The notes: generated by a model from the sequence alone, not told the origin. A DNA stretch of 63,202 nt, filler included, from Octopus bimaculoides (GCF_001194135.2; 7 parts of 7 records of this genome joined end to end with filler, not necessarily neighbours in it), one strand, 5' to 3'. Shown: positions 48,440 through 59,730, numbered from the whole stretch's first letter. Translations and numbers: made by a program.

Positions 48440-50083
48440 CTAGAGTTGACTGATTCTGCTGTCTGATGGTACTACTGAAGGTAACATTGACTGAGTTTCT
48501 TTCAGAGCAGTGTCTTTGTCAGCTCCGAGGCAGCACTGGCTGAGCATAGTACGAAAGGCTTTGTAAACTGCGGCATCTGTGAAAATAACTGTGAGGGGGA
48601 AGATAACTGTTGAGAGACCAGACAGAGCTGTGGTACAGATGAGGCTGTTGATGTAAGAATCCACAGAGATGAGACTACGAATGGCCTCCGTTAGATAAAC
48701 TGGCATTATAGAAACAAGGAAGCTGATGAGCAAGATGACACAGATCTTGTAACACTGGGTCATGCTTACGTTGTGGATCTCCTTGCTGATTGATGGGTGC
48801 GATTCTTCCTCCACCACCGATTCAACCGTGATTCGTGGTGGTACAGAAGACTTTTTGCCAATTGACTTAAATGATGTTGATGCTTCCTCGATGCTGGACG
48901 GTGTCCGAACACTTGGCGGTTGAAATGGATTTGGAGGCAGATCTTCAGCAGATTTGAATGATGATATACTGCTATGGCTTTTCGGATCTTCCAATTGGGC
49001 CTGCAATGCTGCAATATCTACCGAAAACTTCCGGACATATTGATATCCTTGTGCTTGGGTCTGGTGGTCTGTGTAGCCATTGTCACCAATTTCTCCAAAT
49101 TGGCAGATTGTGTGCCGCCTTCGACCGAACATTTGCAGGAATGCTCCTGAATTAAAGCTGAAGCTATTTTTCTTATGTGTTGGTGGCTCAACTTGTGTCA
49201 CACCCGATGGATTATTGCTTACAAGTAACTGGTTTGGGGGGTGGGAATTCTTTCGCAATGGTTTTGATTTCAGCTCTTTGTACTCACCACCAGAATCACT
49301 TGGAGTCAACGTAGGTAGGGTTATGGAGTGTTCGGATGTGGAAGCTACAGAGTTTGCTCTGGGTTTTTCTATTGTCTTCTGTTTGAGTTTTACTGCCAGA
49401 AACAGAAGGCATTTAATGAACAATAAGCCAATTAATATGGTAAGCACCAGGACCTTCATAAGGTAAGACTTACTATTGAAGATGTGATAAAATGATTGAC
49501 TATCTGCAGATAGTTCATATGAATATGATAGCACACCATACAAAACACCAATAGCAAATCCTATGCTTATAACCAATGGTAGCCCAATATAAACTAAGAA
49601 CTTTCGACAGGCTTTTGAGCAACCATATTGACTCAGTAAGAACCAAAGAGCTATCAAAAACAACAGTCCGGCCTTGGTTGCAATTAAGAGTAGATATAAT
49701 GAATGTGTTGTCTCCTTCATAGACAGGAACAATGTGTTACCATTATGATACATCAGTAGACAAATGATCTCCAATGGTGACCATATCACATTGAAAATGA
49801 TGGCAATTATGAGGAGTGTAGTTAGTAGAATGTAGTAGTGATCCTTTATCAGACGGCCAATGGCCAGTGTTGTAATTACAACACTACTGCTGAGGAATCC
49901 AACCACCGCTGTGAAAGCCAAAGCAAACATCGAGACAATTAAAGAATGTGCCCGAAATACCTGTGCTGCTCTTTCACCGTTTTCTCCCATGCTGTCATTA
50001 AATGTAGAAAGTATGGTGACTGTAAGTATTTCTGGGAGACTGCCATTGCTTGGCACAGATTCCGATTCCTCGTTCATGTTCAT
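48440..50083 (-). CDS. Divergent 7-transmembrane class A (rhodopsin-like) GPCR-like orphan receptor, 547 aa, single coding exon
   Basis: Only long complex ORF. Hydrophobic helices at ~aa 48-75, 83-110, 128-150, 162-185, 207-231, 444-466 and 478-501; N-glycosylation sequons N13 and N29; G..S..V in TM1 (GN-like), F....P in TM6, P in TM7, helix-8-like YKAFRTML then CC; first Met among M1/M3 uncertain. Confidence 0.85.
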   Translation of the reverse strand: MNMNEESESVPSNGSLPEILTVTILSTFNDSMGENGERAAQVFRAHSLIVSMFALAFTAVVGFLSSSVVITTLAIGRLIKDHYYILLTTLLIIAIIFNVIWSPLEIICLLMYHNGNTLFLSMKETTHSLYLLLIATKAGLLFLIALWFLLSQYGCSKACRKFLVYIGLPLVISIGFAIGVLYGVLSYSYELSADSQSFYHIFNSKSYLMKVLVLTILIGLLFIKCLLFLAVKLKQKTIEKPRANSVASTSEHSITLPTLTPSDSGGEYKELKSKPLRKNSHPPNQLLVSNNPSGVTQVEPPTHKKNSFSFNSGAFLQMFGRRRHTICQFGEIGDNGYTDHQTQAQGYQYVRKFSVDIAALQAQLEDPKSHSSISSFKSAEDLPPNPFQPPSVRTPSSIEEASTSFKSIGKKSSVPPRITVESVVEEESHPSISKEIHNVSMTQCYKICVILLISFLVSIMPVYLTEAIRSLISVDSYINSLICTTALSGLSTVIFPLTVIFTDAAVYKAFRTMLSQCCLGADKDTALKETQSMLPSVVPSDSRISQL

Positions 50084-50749
50084 TGTTCTTATATTATCGT
50101 GTTTCTAGAAATGCAGATAGTGATACATCTATTTTCCTTTTTTTTAATTTTTTATTGCAAATATGTATATAATATCATGTGTTTATTTCTCTCTCTCTTG
50201 AGATATATATATATAGATATAGATATACTTATATATACATATATTGATGAATATGTATAGATTTTTCTGTACACACTGTATAGGAATATGAATGTATATG
50301 TAAGCAAACAGATTCACATTTCTCTGTATCTGACCATCTTCAGATATTTCAGAAATATTTCAGAGTAGGTCTTGTGTAGTTATTGGCAGTTACAATTTCC
50401 ATTTCGTCCAAAATTTTCCATTAAAATTATTTTGTTTTCTTTATATTTATTATCTTAATCATTTTGTTGAAATGTAGCATTCTGGGAAAAACTTAATGTT
50501 GTTTGTTGATTGGTTGATAAGATTCTGGGGAGGAGAGTGGGATGTTATCTATGAGTTTGTGTCACTTGTCTTCCTTTTTTTTTTTTACTCAAATATATTT
50601 CTCAGATTTTTGGGTTATTTTTTGTGTCCTACTGTTTTACAATCAAATATTTATTCTGTCATTGGTTATTGATGATGAATTATATACATATATATTGTTG
50701 TATTTCCATCTCTTTATCCAATTTCTTCTTTCTTTTCATTGCAAATTTT

Positions 50750-50793
<44 letters not shown>

Positions 50794-51375
50794 AAGGATA
50801 AAAAAGTGTATATCCTTGATTAATCTTGGCTGTTGTTTTCAGAGAAGTCCCGAGTTTAATTGAGTTCAGTGTTGTCAGAAATCTGAAAATAACAATATTA
50901 GAATAACGATAAAAATACATGAGTAAATAATAATAATAATAATAATAATAATTATAATAAAACAACAATAATATGACAATGAAATACAACATTATTGTCA
51001 AATAAAATGAAAGACACATTTGATAATGCATTCTTCACTACACTATGACTGAAAATAGAAGGCACAGTGTATCTGAATGCTTAACAAGTTTGCTTTGCCT
51101 CCATTACACTTCAGGTTTTCTCCATTGCCTGGCATCTTGAACAAAATGTTTGTTTTCTATAACCCCAAATCAACCCAAACTTTCTAAGTGAAATTGGGAA
51201 AATGGCAGAAGTCTTTCCAGTGGATTGTACCATAAGTTTAAAGGTCTAACCTTGTCATATACTGTGTCACACTGATTTTGCTTGGGTATTAAGTTACAGC
51301 TTCACATATCAGTGGAATACTCAACCACTTACATGTTAATTCAGGGGCAGATAATTCTGTTTATTAAAATTATTA

Positions 51376-51585
51376 TTGTTAGCATGCTGGACAAAATGCT
51401 AAGTGACATTTTATCCAACTTTATGTTCTGAGTTCAAATTCCGCCTAGGTCAACATCGTCTTTTATTCCTTTTGGGGGTTGATAAACTAAGTACCAGTGA
51501 AGCATTGGTGTTGATTGACTAGTCCTCTCTCTACAAAATTCAGGCCATGCGCCTATAATAGAAAGGATTATTATTATTATTATTA
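51376..51585 (+). mobile_element. SINE family A, strongly CpG-depleted
   Basis: gagttcaaattcc B-box and (ATT) tail; most CpGs of the 26999 copy read TG/CA here. Confidence 0.8.
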
Positions 51586-51835
51586 TTTTATGTTTGACTT
51601 TTGTTTTGCATTTGTACAAGTTGGATCCAAGTCTCACCCAGAGACCTCAAGAGACAACAAGTTAGAAGTTCATGTAGGTGTTATGCCTAGGGTACCATAT
51701 ATTTGGATTTGTATATAGTGTTGTTCTAGAGAATGTTTAAGAAACCATAAGAAAATTATGTGTTTGTTTTAAAATTTGAGATCACATAGACAGTATTTTA
51801 CGTAGGACATGGGCAGTTCCCATGAGCACTATCTT
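51585..51835 (-). mobile_element. R4/Dong-like LINE 3' end
   Basis: Minus strand VLMGTAHVLRKILSM* followed by 3' UTR ending at an AAT-rich tail. Confidence 0.7.
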
Positions 51836-51847
51836 TTGAACTTCAGC

Positions 51848-51881
<34 letters not shown>

Positions 51882-52104
51882 TATTATTATTATTATTATT
51901 GTTATTATTATCACCATCATTGTCACTGTCATCAACATCGTTTCCTTTTACTAATCATGACTCAACAACCACAACAATGACAACAGCAACAACTTACAAA
52001 AGGAACAAACAGTTTTTCTGTTTGAAATATTTACATACTTGAGGAGTTAGCGGAAGACAAGAGACTGGTTTGAATTATTTGAAGCTACAGCCCGTCTCCA
52101 TTCA

Positions 52105-52759
52105 TAGTCAGCAGTTTCACCACCACCACCGTCACTACCACCATCATCATCACTACCACAATCGCCACCACCATCATCACCATCGTTATCATCACTACCA
52201 TTGCCTTCATCCCCAGCATCACCTATTCAATTGCTGCTCACAGTCATCATTATCATCATCATCATCATCACTACCACTGTCAGCACCACCAGTGTTGCCT
52301 TCATCCTGAATACCATCATCAACAATCATTATCATCATCATCATCAACAATCATTATCATTATCATCATCAACAATCATTATCATTATCATCATCATCAT
52401 CATCAACAATCATTATCATCATCATCATTGTTATTATTCACCATCATCACTATTATCATTATCATTCATTGTTGTCATCATCACCACCACCACCATCACC
52501 GCTACTATGATCACCTACTACATCACTATTACCACCACCACCACTACCACCACAACGACAACCATGTTACCACAATCACTATCATCACCAACCTCACCAC
52601 TACAGTTGCTGCTACAATTACCCCCCCCCCCTCCTGCCTCTCCCTTCTCATCTTCCCTGGTATTCTTGCCACTGCCACTATCACCTTCACCACAACTACC
52701 TGTAGAGCTGCCACACCCACAACCACTGCTGCCAAAGCCACCGCTCCTAACCTCACCAC
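52105..52759. repeat. Degenerate (CAT/CAC)n trinucleotide tract with internal atcatcaacaatcatt duplications
   Basis: Direct reading. Confidence 0.85.
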
Positions 52760-53286
52760 CGCCACTACCACTATCATTCNNNNNNNNNNNNNNNNNNNNN
52801 NNNNNNNNNNNNNNNNNNNNNNNNNNNNNNNNNNNNNNNNNNNNNNNNNNNNNNNNNNNNNNNNNNNNNNNNNNNNNNNNNNNNNNNNNNNNNNNNNNNN
52901 NNNNNNNNNNNNNNNNNNNNNNNNNNNNNNNNNNNNNNNNNNNNNNNNNNNNNNTTTGTAATATGTGGACATGAATAGAATCATGAATGTGTGTATATCT
53001 GTGTTTGTAGCGTTGCATGTGCATGTATATGCAAACGAAGTTGTGTGTAAATGTGTGTGTGTGTGTGTGTGTGTGTGTATTTATGTGTGTATGCAAGTGA
53101 AGTTGTGCATAGATATACTTCCACATATATATGTGTGTGTGTGTGTTGTATGTTGAAATATTACATCATATCAAGACTGCAAGCGAAAAAAAAAAAAATA
53201 GGAACAGATTACATTGAAAAGATTTCAATATTTGAGTAACTGACATTGGTATTGGACATTTTGTAGTCCACATTTTATGTTGAAAC

Positions 53287-53590
53287 ATCATCATCATCAT
53301 TTAGCATCTGTTGTCCATGCTGGCATAGGTTGGATGGTTTGGCCAGGGCTGGTAAGCTGAGGGGCTGCACTGGACTCCAAGTGTGATTTGGCATGGTTTC
53401 TACAGCTGGATGCCCTTCCTAACACCAACCACTCTGAGAGTGTAATGAGTGCTTTTTTATGTGCCACTGGCATGGGTACCATTTGCATGACACCAATATC
53501 TACCACAACTATAATTTCACTTGGCTTGATGGGTCATCTTCTCAAACACAGCATATTGCCAAGGGTCTCGGTCATTTGTCATTGCCTCCA
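53287..53590 (-). mobile_element. Retroposon family D (SINE-like, (GAT)n tail)
   Basis: ctacagctggatgcccttcctaacaccaaccactctgagagtgt matches the reverse of 54577-54834. Confidence 0.75.
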
Positions 53591-53626
53591 TTGAATATCT
53601 TTGTATATATGTATGTTTATGAATGA

Positions 53627-53949
53627 TTCCCAGACCGGGTGTTGTGAGTGTTTATTGAGCGAAAACACCTCAGGCTCCACAAGGCTCCGGCAGGGGATGG
53701 TGGCGAACCCTGCTGTACTCTTTCACCACAGTTTCTCTCACTCTTACTTCCTGTTTCTGTTGTGCTTGTAATTCAAAGGGTCAGCCTTGTCACACTGTGT
53801 CACGCTGAATATCCCCGAGAACTACGTTAAGGGTACACATGTCTGTGGAATGCTCAGCCACTTGCATGTTAATTTCACGAGCAGGCTGTTCCGCTGATCG
53901 GATTAACTGGAACCCTCGACGTCGTAAGCGACGGAGTGCCAACAACAAC
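53627..53949 (+). mobile_element. SINE family C, 5'-truncated, with 14-bp TSD ATGTTTATGAATGA
   Basis: TSD at 53613-53626 and 53950-53963; (CAA)n tail. Confidence 0.92.
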
Positions 53950-54576
53950 ATGTTTATGAATGACACTGACTGTATAACAGCTACAATCATTTACTACTAT
54001 GTCAAGGTAAGAAGAGAGAGAGAGAGAGATGCACCCGCCCTTTCCTAGCCTTCCAATAGTTCTGCCAGTCCCTGGATTTGTACTCTTTTTTCATGAACCC
54101 TGAAGAGAAGAAAGGAAAAGTTGATGTTGGCAGGATTTGAACTCAGGACATAGATATTGCTACGTGTTCTATCCAGTGTGCTAACGACTCTGTTAGTTCA
54201 TCAGCCTGGAGTTGGATTAACAACAGAACACTAGCGGCTTATCTATAGGCACTGTGGAACTATAGCACCCTCTATTTCCACTCGATATTATCAATAACAT
54301 TCAATATAATGGGTCCTTTTTTCTTTAATTCTTTGTTTATACTTGTACATTATATAATCCTTAAGCTTAATGTCAGTAGTCATCCCGTGTCTATGAAAAA
54401 AATACAAAAATCCTTGTATAAAACTGTGTCCTTCACAGTTCCAGCGACACGGTGTTGTGCACATGCTCACATGTTTGAGATAGGAAGTTTCACGCTATGG
54501 AGAGAGAGCCCTATGTGAATGACAGTGCTGACTTTTGTGTTCTAGTGAAAGGTAGTGTGTTTCTTTTTGATTCCAA

Positions 54577-54834
54577 GTGTGTTCTGGTGGCACATAAAAT
54601 ACACCATTTTGAGCGTGGCCGTTGCCAGTACCGCCTGACTGGCTTTCATGCCGGTGGCACGTAAAAGCACCCACTACACTCTCTGAGTGGTTGGCGTTGG
54701 GAAGGGCATCCAGCTGTAGAAACTCTGCCAAATCAGATTGGAGCCTGGTGTAGCCATCTGGTTTCACCAGTCCTCAGTCAAATCGTCCAACCCATGCTAG
54801 CATGGAAAGCGGACGTTAAACGACGATGATGATG
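54577..54834 (+). mobile_element. Retroposon family D
   Basis: ggtggcacgtaaaagcaccc...gggaagggcatccagctgtagaaac...ggacgttaaacgacgatgatgat. Confidence 0.8.
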
Positions 54835-55444
54835 TGTTATGCTTAAAAATATGTTTATATTCTTGAATGTGATAAAGTTTNNNNNNNNNNNNNNNNNNNN
54901 NNNNNNNNNNNNNNNNNNNNNNNNNNNNNNNNNNNNNNNNNNNNNNNNNNNNNNNNNNNNNNNNNNNNNNNNNNNNNNNNNNNNNNNNNNNNNNNNNNNN
55001 NNNNNNNNNNNNNNNNNNNNNNNNNNNNNNNNNNNNNNNNNNNNNNNNNNNNNNNNNNNNNNNNNNNNNNNNNNNNNNNNNNNNNNNNNNNNNNNNNNNN
55101 NNNNNNNNNNNNNNNNNNNNNNNNNNNNNNNNNNNNNNNNNNNNNNNNNNNNNNNNNNNNNNNNNNNNNNNNNNNNNNNNNNNNNNNNNNNNNNNNNNNN
55201 NNNNNNNNNNNNNNNNNNNNNNNNNNNNNNNNNNNNNNNNNNNNNNNNNNNNNNNNNNNNNNNNNNNNNNNNNNNNNNNNNNNNNNNNNNNNNNNNNNNN
55301 NNNNNNNNNNNNNNNNNNNNNNNNNNNNNNNNNNNNNNNNNNNNNNNNNNNNNNNNNNNNNNNNNNNNNNNNNNNNNNNNNNNNNNNNNNNNNNNNNNNN
55401 NNNNNNNNNNNNNNNNNNNNNNNNNNNNNNNNNNNNNNNNNNNN

Positions 55445-55774
55445 ATCAACGGAACAGCCTGCTCGTGAAATTAACGTGCAAGTGGCTGAGCACTCCACAG
55501 ACATGTGTACCCTTAATGCAGTTCTCGGGGATATTCAGCGTGACGCAGTGTGACAAGGCTGACCCTTTGAATTACAGGCACAACAGAAACAGGAAGTAAG
55601 AGAAAATTGTGGTGAAAGAGTACAGCAGGGTTTGCCACCACCCTCCGCCGGAGCCTCGTGGAGCTTTAGTTGTTTTCGCTCAATAAACACTCACAACGCC
55701 CGGTGTGGGAATTGAAACCGTGATCCTATGACTGCGAGTCCACTGCCTTAACCACTGGGCCATTGCGCCTCCAC
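55445..55774 (-). mobile_element. SINE family C (3' end in gap)
   Basis: tRNA-like head gtggaggcgcaatggcccagtggttaagg on the minus strand; collinear with 57370-57756. Confidence 0.9.
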
Positions 55775-57369
55775 TAGTTTCTGATGTATACTTACTTAAA
55801 ATGAACACACCAGCATAGAGGACAGGACTGAAAGAAACAAGGCTGGATCTAAACTTGCAAAGGTAGTTGGGCTCTAGCCATGAAATGTGGTAGTATAGAC
55901 CAAACCAACGCAAATGATGGGAATGAAATAATAAACATGATTGGGCCTAGTCTAAAAAGTGGTTATGGGCCTAAATTAGCAATGATAGTTGTGCTGAAAC
56001 CAGAAAACTAAGCAAAGTAGGTTAGGATCACACCAGCAAAGGTGATACTGTAAACGACACCCACAAAGTTGATGGAATCAAAATACTAAACATTGATGCA
56101 CATGTTTGTGGGCCCCAAACAGTAAGGATGGTAAGAACAACAGTCAAGGTTTGTAAATACCAAACTACAATCTAGTAAAAGGTAATTGGGCAACTACCTC
56201 AAATGTAGTTTAGATGGCTGTCCTTCAGTTATTGGGTCAGATGAGAATATGCTTCTGTGACCCTATTTCAGTTTTGGCTCTTTACAAGCCACCAACAGCA
56301 TTAGCAGTATGAAGACATCCATTCAGAGACTCTCAGACCCCACTGCACTTTGCTCAGTCTCTTTTGTCAGGAAATTAAAACTAAACCATTGCTGTAATTT
56401 GCTTTAACTCGCTCTACCTTGCCAGCCATCTCCATCGCTTTCTATATCCCTTGCAATCTCTCAAAACTAATCAGCTGTCTCTGCTTCTGTTTCTCTCTGC
56501 AGTTAGCTATGTCTGACTGTCTATCTTCTCCCCCGCTCTCTCTCTCACTCAATCAATCTATCTATGTTGGTCTGTCTCTCTCTGTCTGTCCAGCTCACCA
56601 TATTTAACTGTTTTATCTATTTGTTTGTCTCTCCTTCTTTAGCTATCTATCTCCGTCTCTCTCTCTCTTTCTCTCTCTCTGATTGTATGTATGATTCTCT
56701 AGCTACTTACCACTCTCTCTTCACAACTTCTTTCACCTCTTTCTCCCCTACTTCGTTTTAATTTCCTCCTCATCTTCTTTATAGACTTCATCTCTCCCCA
56801 TCACCAATCAATTTCTCTCCCCCTCTTTCCTTGACTCTACTGCCACCCTTTTCTCAAGCTGTGCGTCTGTCCACTCATTAATTAAAGAGTCAGTTCATTT
56901 GCTCACTTCTCCTGGATTAGGATTTCCTCCTTTCATTATTTCAGTTTTCTAATTATTCCTTTTAGGTCTGCCATGTCTGTCTGCCCATCCATCTGTCTGC
57001 CCATCTATCACTTTCTCTTCTCATTATTGTTCATTTTGTCTTCTCTCTCCTCCAGTCACCTCCTTCCCCCAATCATCTCCCTCTTCCACTTATCTTTCTC
57101 CTCCAGTCATCTCCTCCTCTGGTCATTTTTCTTCTCCAGCTTTTTCAACTCCAGAAAGATGAAAGACAGAGTTGACCACTCTAAGATTTGAACTCAGAAC
57201 ATAAAGAGCTAAAACAAATATTGCAAATCATTGTTTATTCCAACAATCTAACAAGTGTGTCAGTTTATTACCTTTATAAAAAAAATGAGAATTATAAAAA
57301 AAAAAAATGATTTCTTATATTTGTCACTGGAGTATAATTGGTATTTCTACTATTGACATAAGAACAATA

Positions 57370-57756
57370 TGTTGTTGTTGGCACTCCGTCGCTTACGACG
57401 TCGAGGGTTCCAGTTGATCCAATCAACGGAACAGCCTGCTCTTGAAATTAACGTGCAAGTGGCTGAGCACTCCACAGACATGTGTACCTTTAACGTAGTT
57501 CTCGGGGATATTCAGCATGACACAGTGTGACAAGGCTGGCCCTTTCAATTACAGGCACAACAGAAACAGGAAGTAAGAGCGAGAGAAAGTTGTGGTGAAA
57601 GAGTACAGCAGGGTTCGCCACCATCCCCTGCCGGAGCCTCGTGGAGCTTTAGGTGTTTTTGCTCAATAAACACTCACAACGCCCGGTCTGGGAATCGAAA
57701 CCGCAATCCTATGACCGCAAGTCCGCTGCCCTAACCACTGGGCCATTGCGCCTCCA
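57370..57756 (-). mobile_element. SINE family C, full length, 13-bp TSD CATAAG(A/G)ACAATA
   Basis: A-box TGGCCCAGTGG, B-box GGTTTCGATTCCC; TSD at 57357-57369 and 57757-57769. Confidence 0.92.
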
Positions 57757-57770
57757 CATAAGGACAATAA

Positions 57771-58380
57771 ATGAGGTGGGATACTACAGGGAGGAGAGGT
57801 TAACAGAGATTGTATGTTCCAACATCACTACACTTTACATGTCTGATGAAATGAGGTATATTACAGAGAAGAGAGGGTAACAAAGACTGTTTTAATATTA
57901 CCACATTTCACACTGTCTGATGAAATGGGGGACATTGTAGAGAGGAGAAGTTATATGTTTTAATATTGCTACATGTCAGATGTCTGAAGTGGGATGTACG
58001 TTATAGACAGGAAAGTTTAATAAAGAATATGTCTTGATATTAACCACATTTCACACTGTCTGATGAAACGGGGGACTTTATAGAGAAGAGAGGTTAATAA
58101 AAACTGTATGCTTTAATATTGTTACACATGAGATGTCTGTGAAGTGGGGGGTATATTACAGAGAGGAGATGTTAATAAAGGACATATGTCTTGATATTAC
58201 TACATTTCACATGTCTTGTGAAGTGGGGGACATTATAGGGAGGAGAGGTTAATAAAGATTATGTGTTTTAATATGACCACACTTTATGTCTAATGAAGTG
58301 TGGCGGGGGGGATATTACAGGAAGGAGAGTTTAATAAGGATTATATGTTTTAATATTGCCGCACTTCACATGTCTGATGC
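57771..58380. repeat. Diverged minisatellite, 8 units of ~64-83 bp
   Basis: Unit pattern gtggggg.tattacagagaggagaggttaataaag..tatgttttaatatt.c.aca.ttcacatgtctgatgaa. Confidence 0.85.
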
Positions 58381-59569
58381 TACAGGTTCGGTAGTAATTC
58401 AACTGCACCAAATGATTTGCCATTCATACTGACATTAAGAAATATATAGGAAACTAAATTCTTATGCATACACACACAATGCACACATATACATTCACAT
58501 TCATTCATACATACATGTATTCACACAAACATCTACATCCATGCATATCCACACACATACAGATATACATTCTCACATACACATGCATATATTTATTTAC
58601 ACATACATACACATGCACTCACACACACACATCAACATAAACATGCATGCACATATACATTCATAGATCTGTGCACACGCACACATACACACACACACAC
58701 ACACATGCATCTATACACACNNNNNNNNNNNNNNNNNNNNNNNNNNNNNNNNNNNNNNNNNNNNTTAATTAATTAANNNNNNNNNNNNNNNNNNNNNNNN
58801 NNNNNNNNNNNNNNNNNNNNTTTTTCTATGCACACACAAGGAGACAGTGGTACATACATACATATACACACATGCACACACATACATAAAAAACACACAC
58901 ACACACACAGACATACATACACACATGCACACACACATGCATACATACATACACACCCATGCACACATGAGACACACGCATGCACAAAAACAAAAAAAAA
59001 GCAAAAACAGAACGCAACGTGAATAACGGACAGAATCAAGACTATTGAAAAGGTTGCAAGACGCAACGAAAATTTTAGGAAAATAAAAATAATAAGTGGA
59101 AATTTTAACGGTGCGTNNNNNNNNNNAGGTTGCAAGACGCAACGAAAATTTTAGGAAAATAAAAATAATAAGTGGAAATTTTAACGGTGCGTGTGTTAAA
59201 TTTTAAGGCACGATAAGAAAATGACTCTCCCCAGACACAACGGAAATAAATGAATTAATGGAAAATTAAATTTAACGAGATAAATTCTGCTGATCACTAA
59301 AAATTGAATAACAAACTTTGCAAAAAGTGAATTTTTACCGGCCACCAACTTGGTAGCCAGGTTGTGAATAAATGTAACTTATTTTAACCATCATACTTTA
59401 AAACTTAAGGTTTTGCAGATTTATGCAGTCCCAGATACCGTGATTATTTGAGAAATATTAATCAAGGATTTGCATTCCCTCCCTAAGATCCCATGTTCAG
59501 CCATACTTTGCTACATACGGTTCGGCATGTATCATGTATGTATGTATGTATGTATGTATGTATGTATGT

Positions 59570-59730
59570 GAGCGCAAGCTTGGTTGTCTAGTTACTGAGT
59601 TCGTTTTGGAACAACATAACTTCGAGTTCAGTCAACTATTGTAACTTGGGAAAGTATCTTCTACAATAACCACAGATCAAAATTGGTCTTGTGGGTGAAT
59701 TCGACAAACGGAAACGGTGCGGAAACCCTA
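59570..59730 (+). mobile_element. Old SINE family B head
   Basis: ttcgagttcagtc...aacttgggaaagtatcttctacaata...acggaaac. Confidence 0.55.

Noticed and set aside
50095-50120. Possible splice acceptor (ctgcatttctag on minus strand) ~25 nt upstream of the GPCR start
   Set aside because: Weak polypyrimidine tract and no identifiable upstream exon; needs cDNA evidence.
48766-50260. Short ORFs overlapping the GPCR-like gene in other frames or antisense (48766-49014, 48958-49155, 49080-49466, 49860-50108, 49946-50260)
   Set aside because: Expected by-products of a real coding region; no recognisable domains.
50751-50792. Long poly-A run suggesting a retrocopy tail
   Set aside because: It is on the opposite strand to the GPCR and upstream of it, with no TSD or attached element recognised.
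52201-52974. His/Thr/Pro-rich ORFs resembling mucin or extensin
   Set aside because: Degenerate CAT/CAC trinucleotide tract open in several frames and running into a gap.
57680-57756. tRNA-like sequence with A and B boxes (also heads of families A, B and E)
   Set aside because: Each is fused to a multi-copy SINE body with a simple-repeat tail and TSD; no proper acceptor stem, so not tRNA genes.
57771-58380. CRISPR-like regular spacing
   Set aside because: Whole units are homologous and diverged; there are no unique spacers between identical repeats, no cas genes, and the context is eukaryotic.
59051-59192. 66-bp direct repeat around a 10-N gap
   Set aside because: Same overlap artefact.
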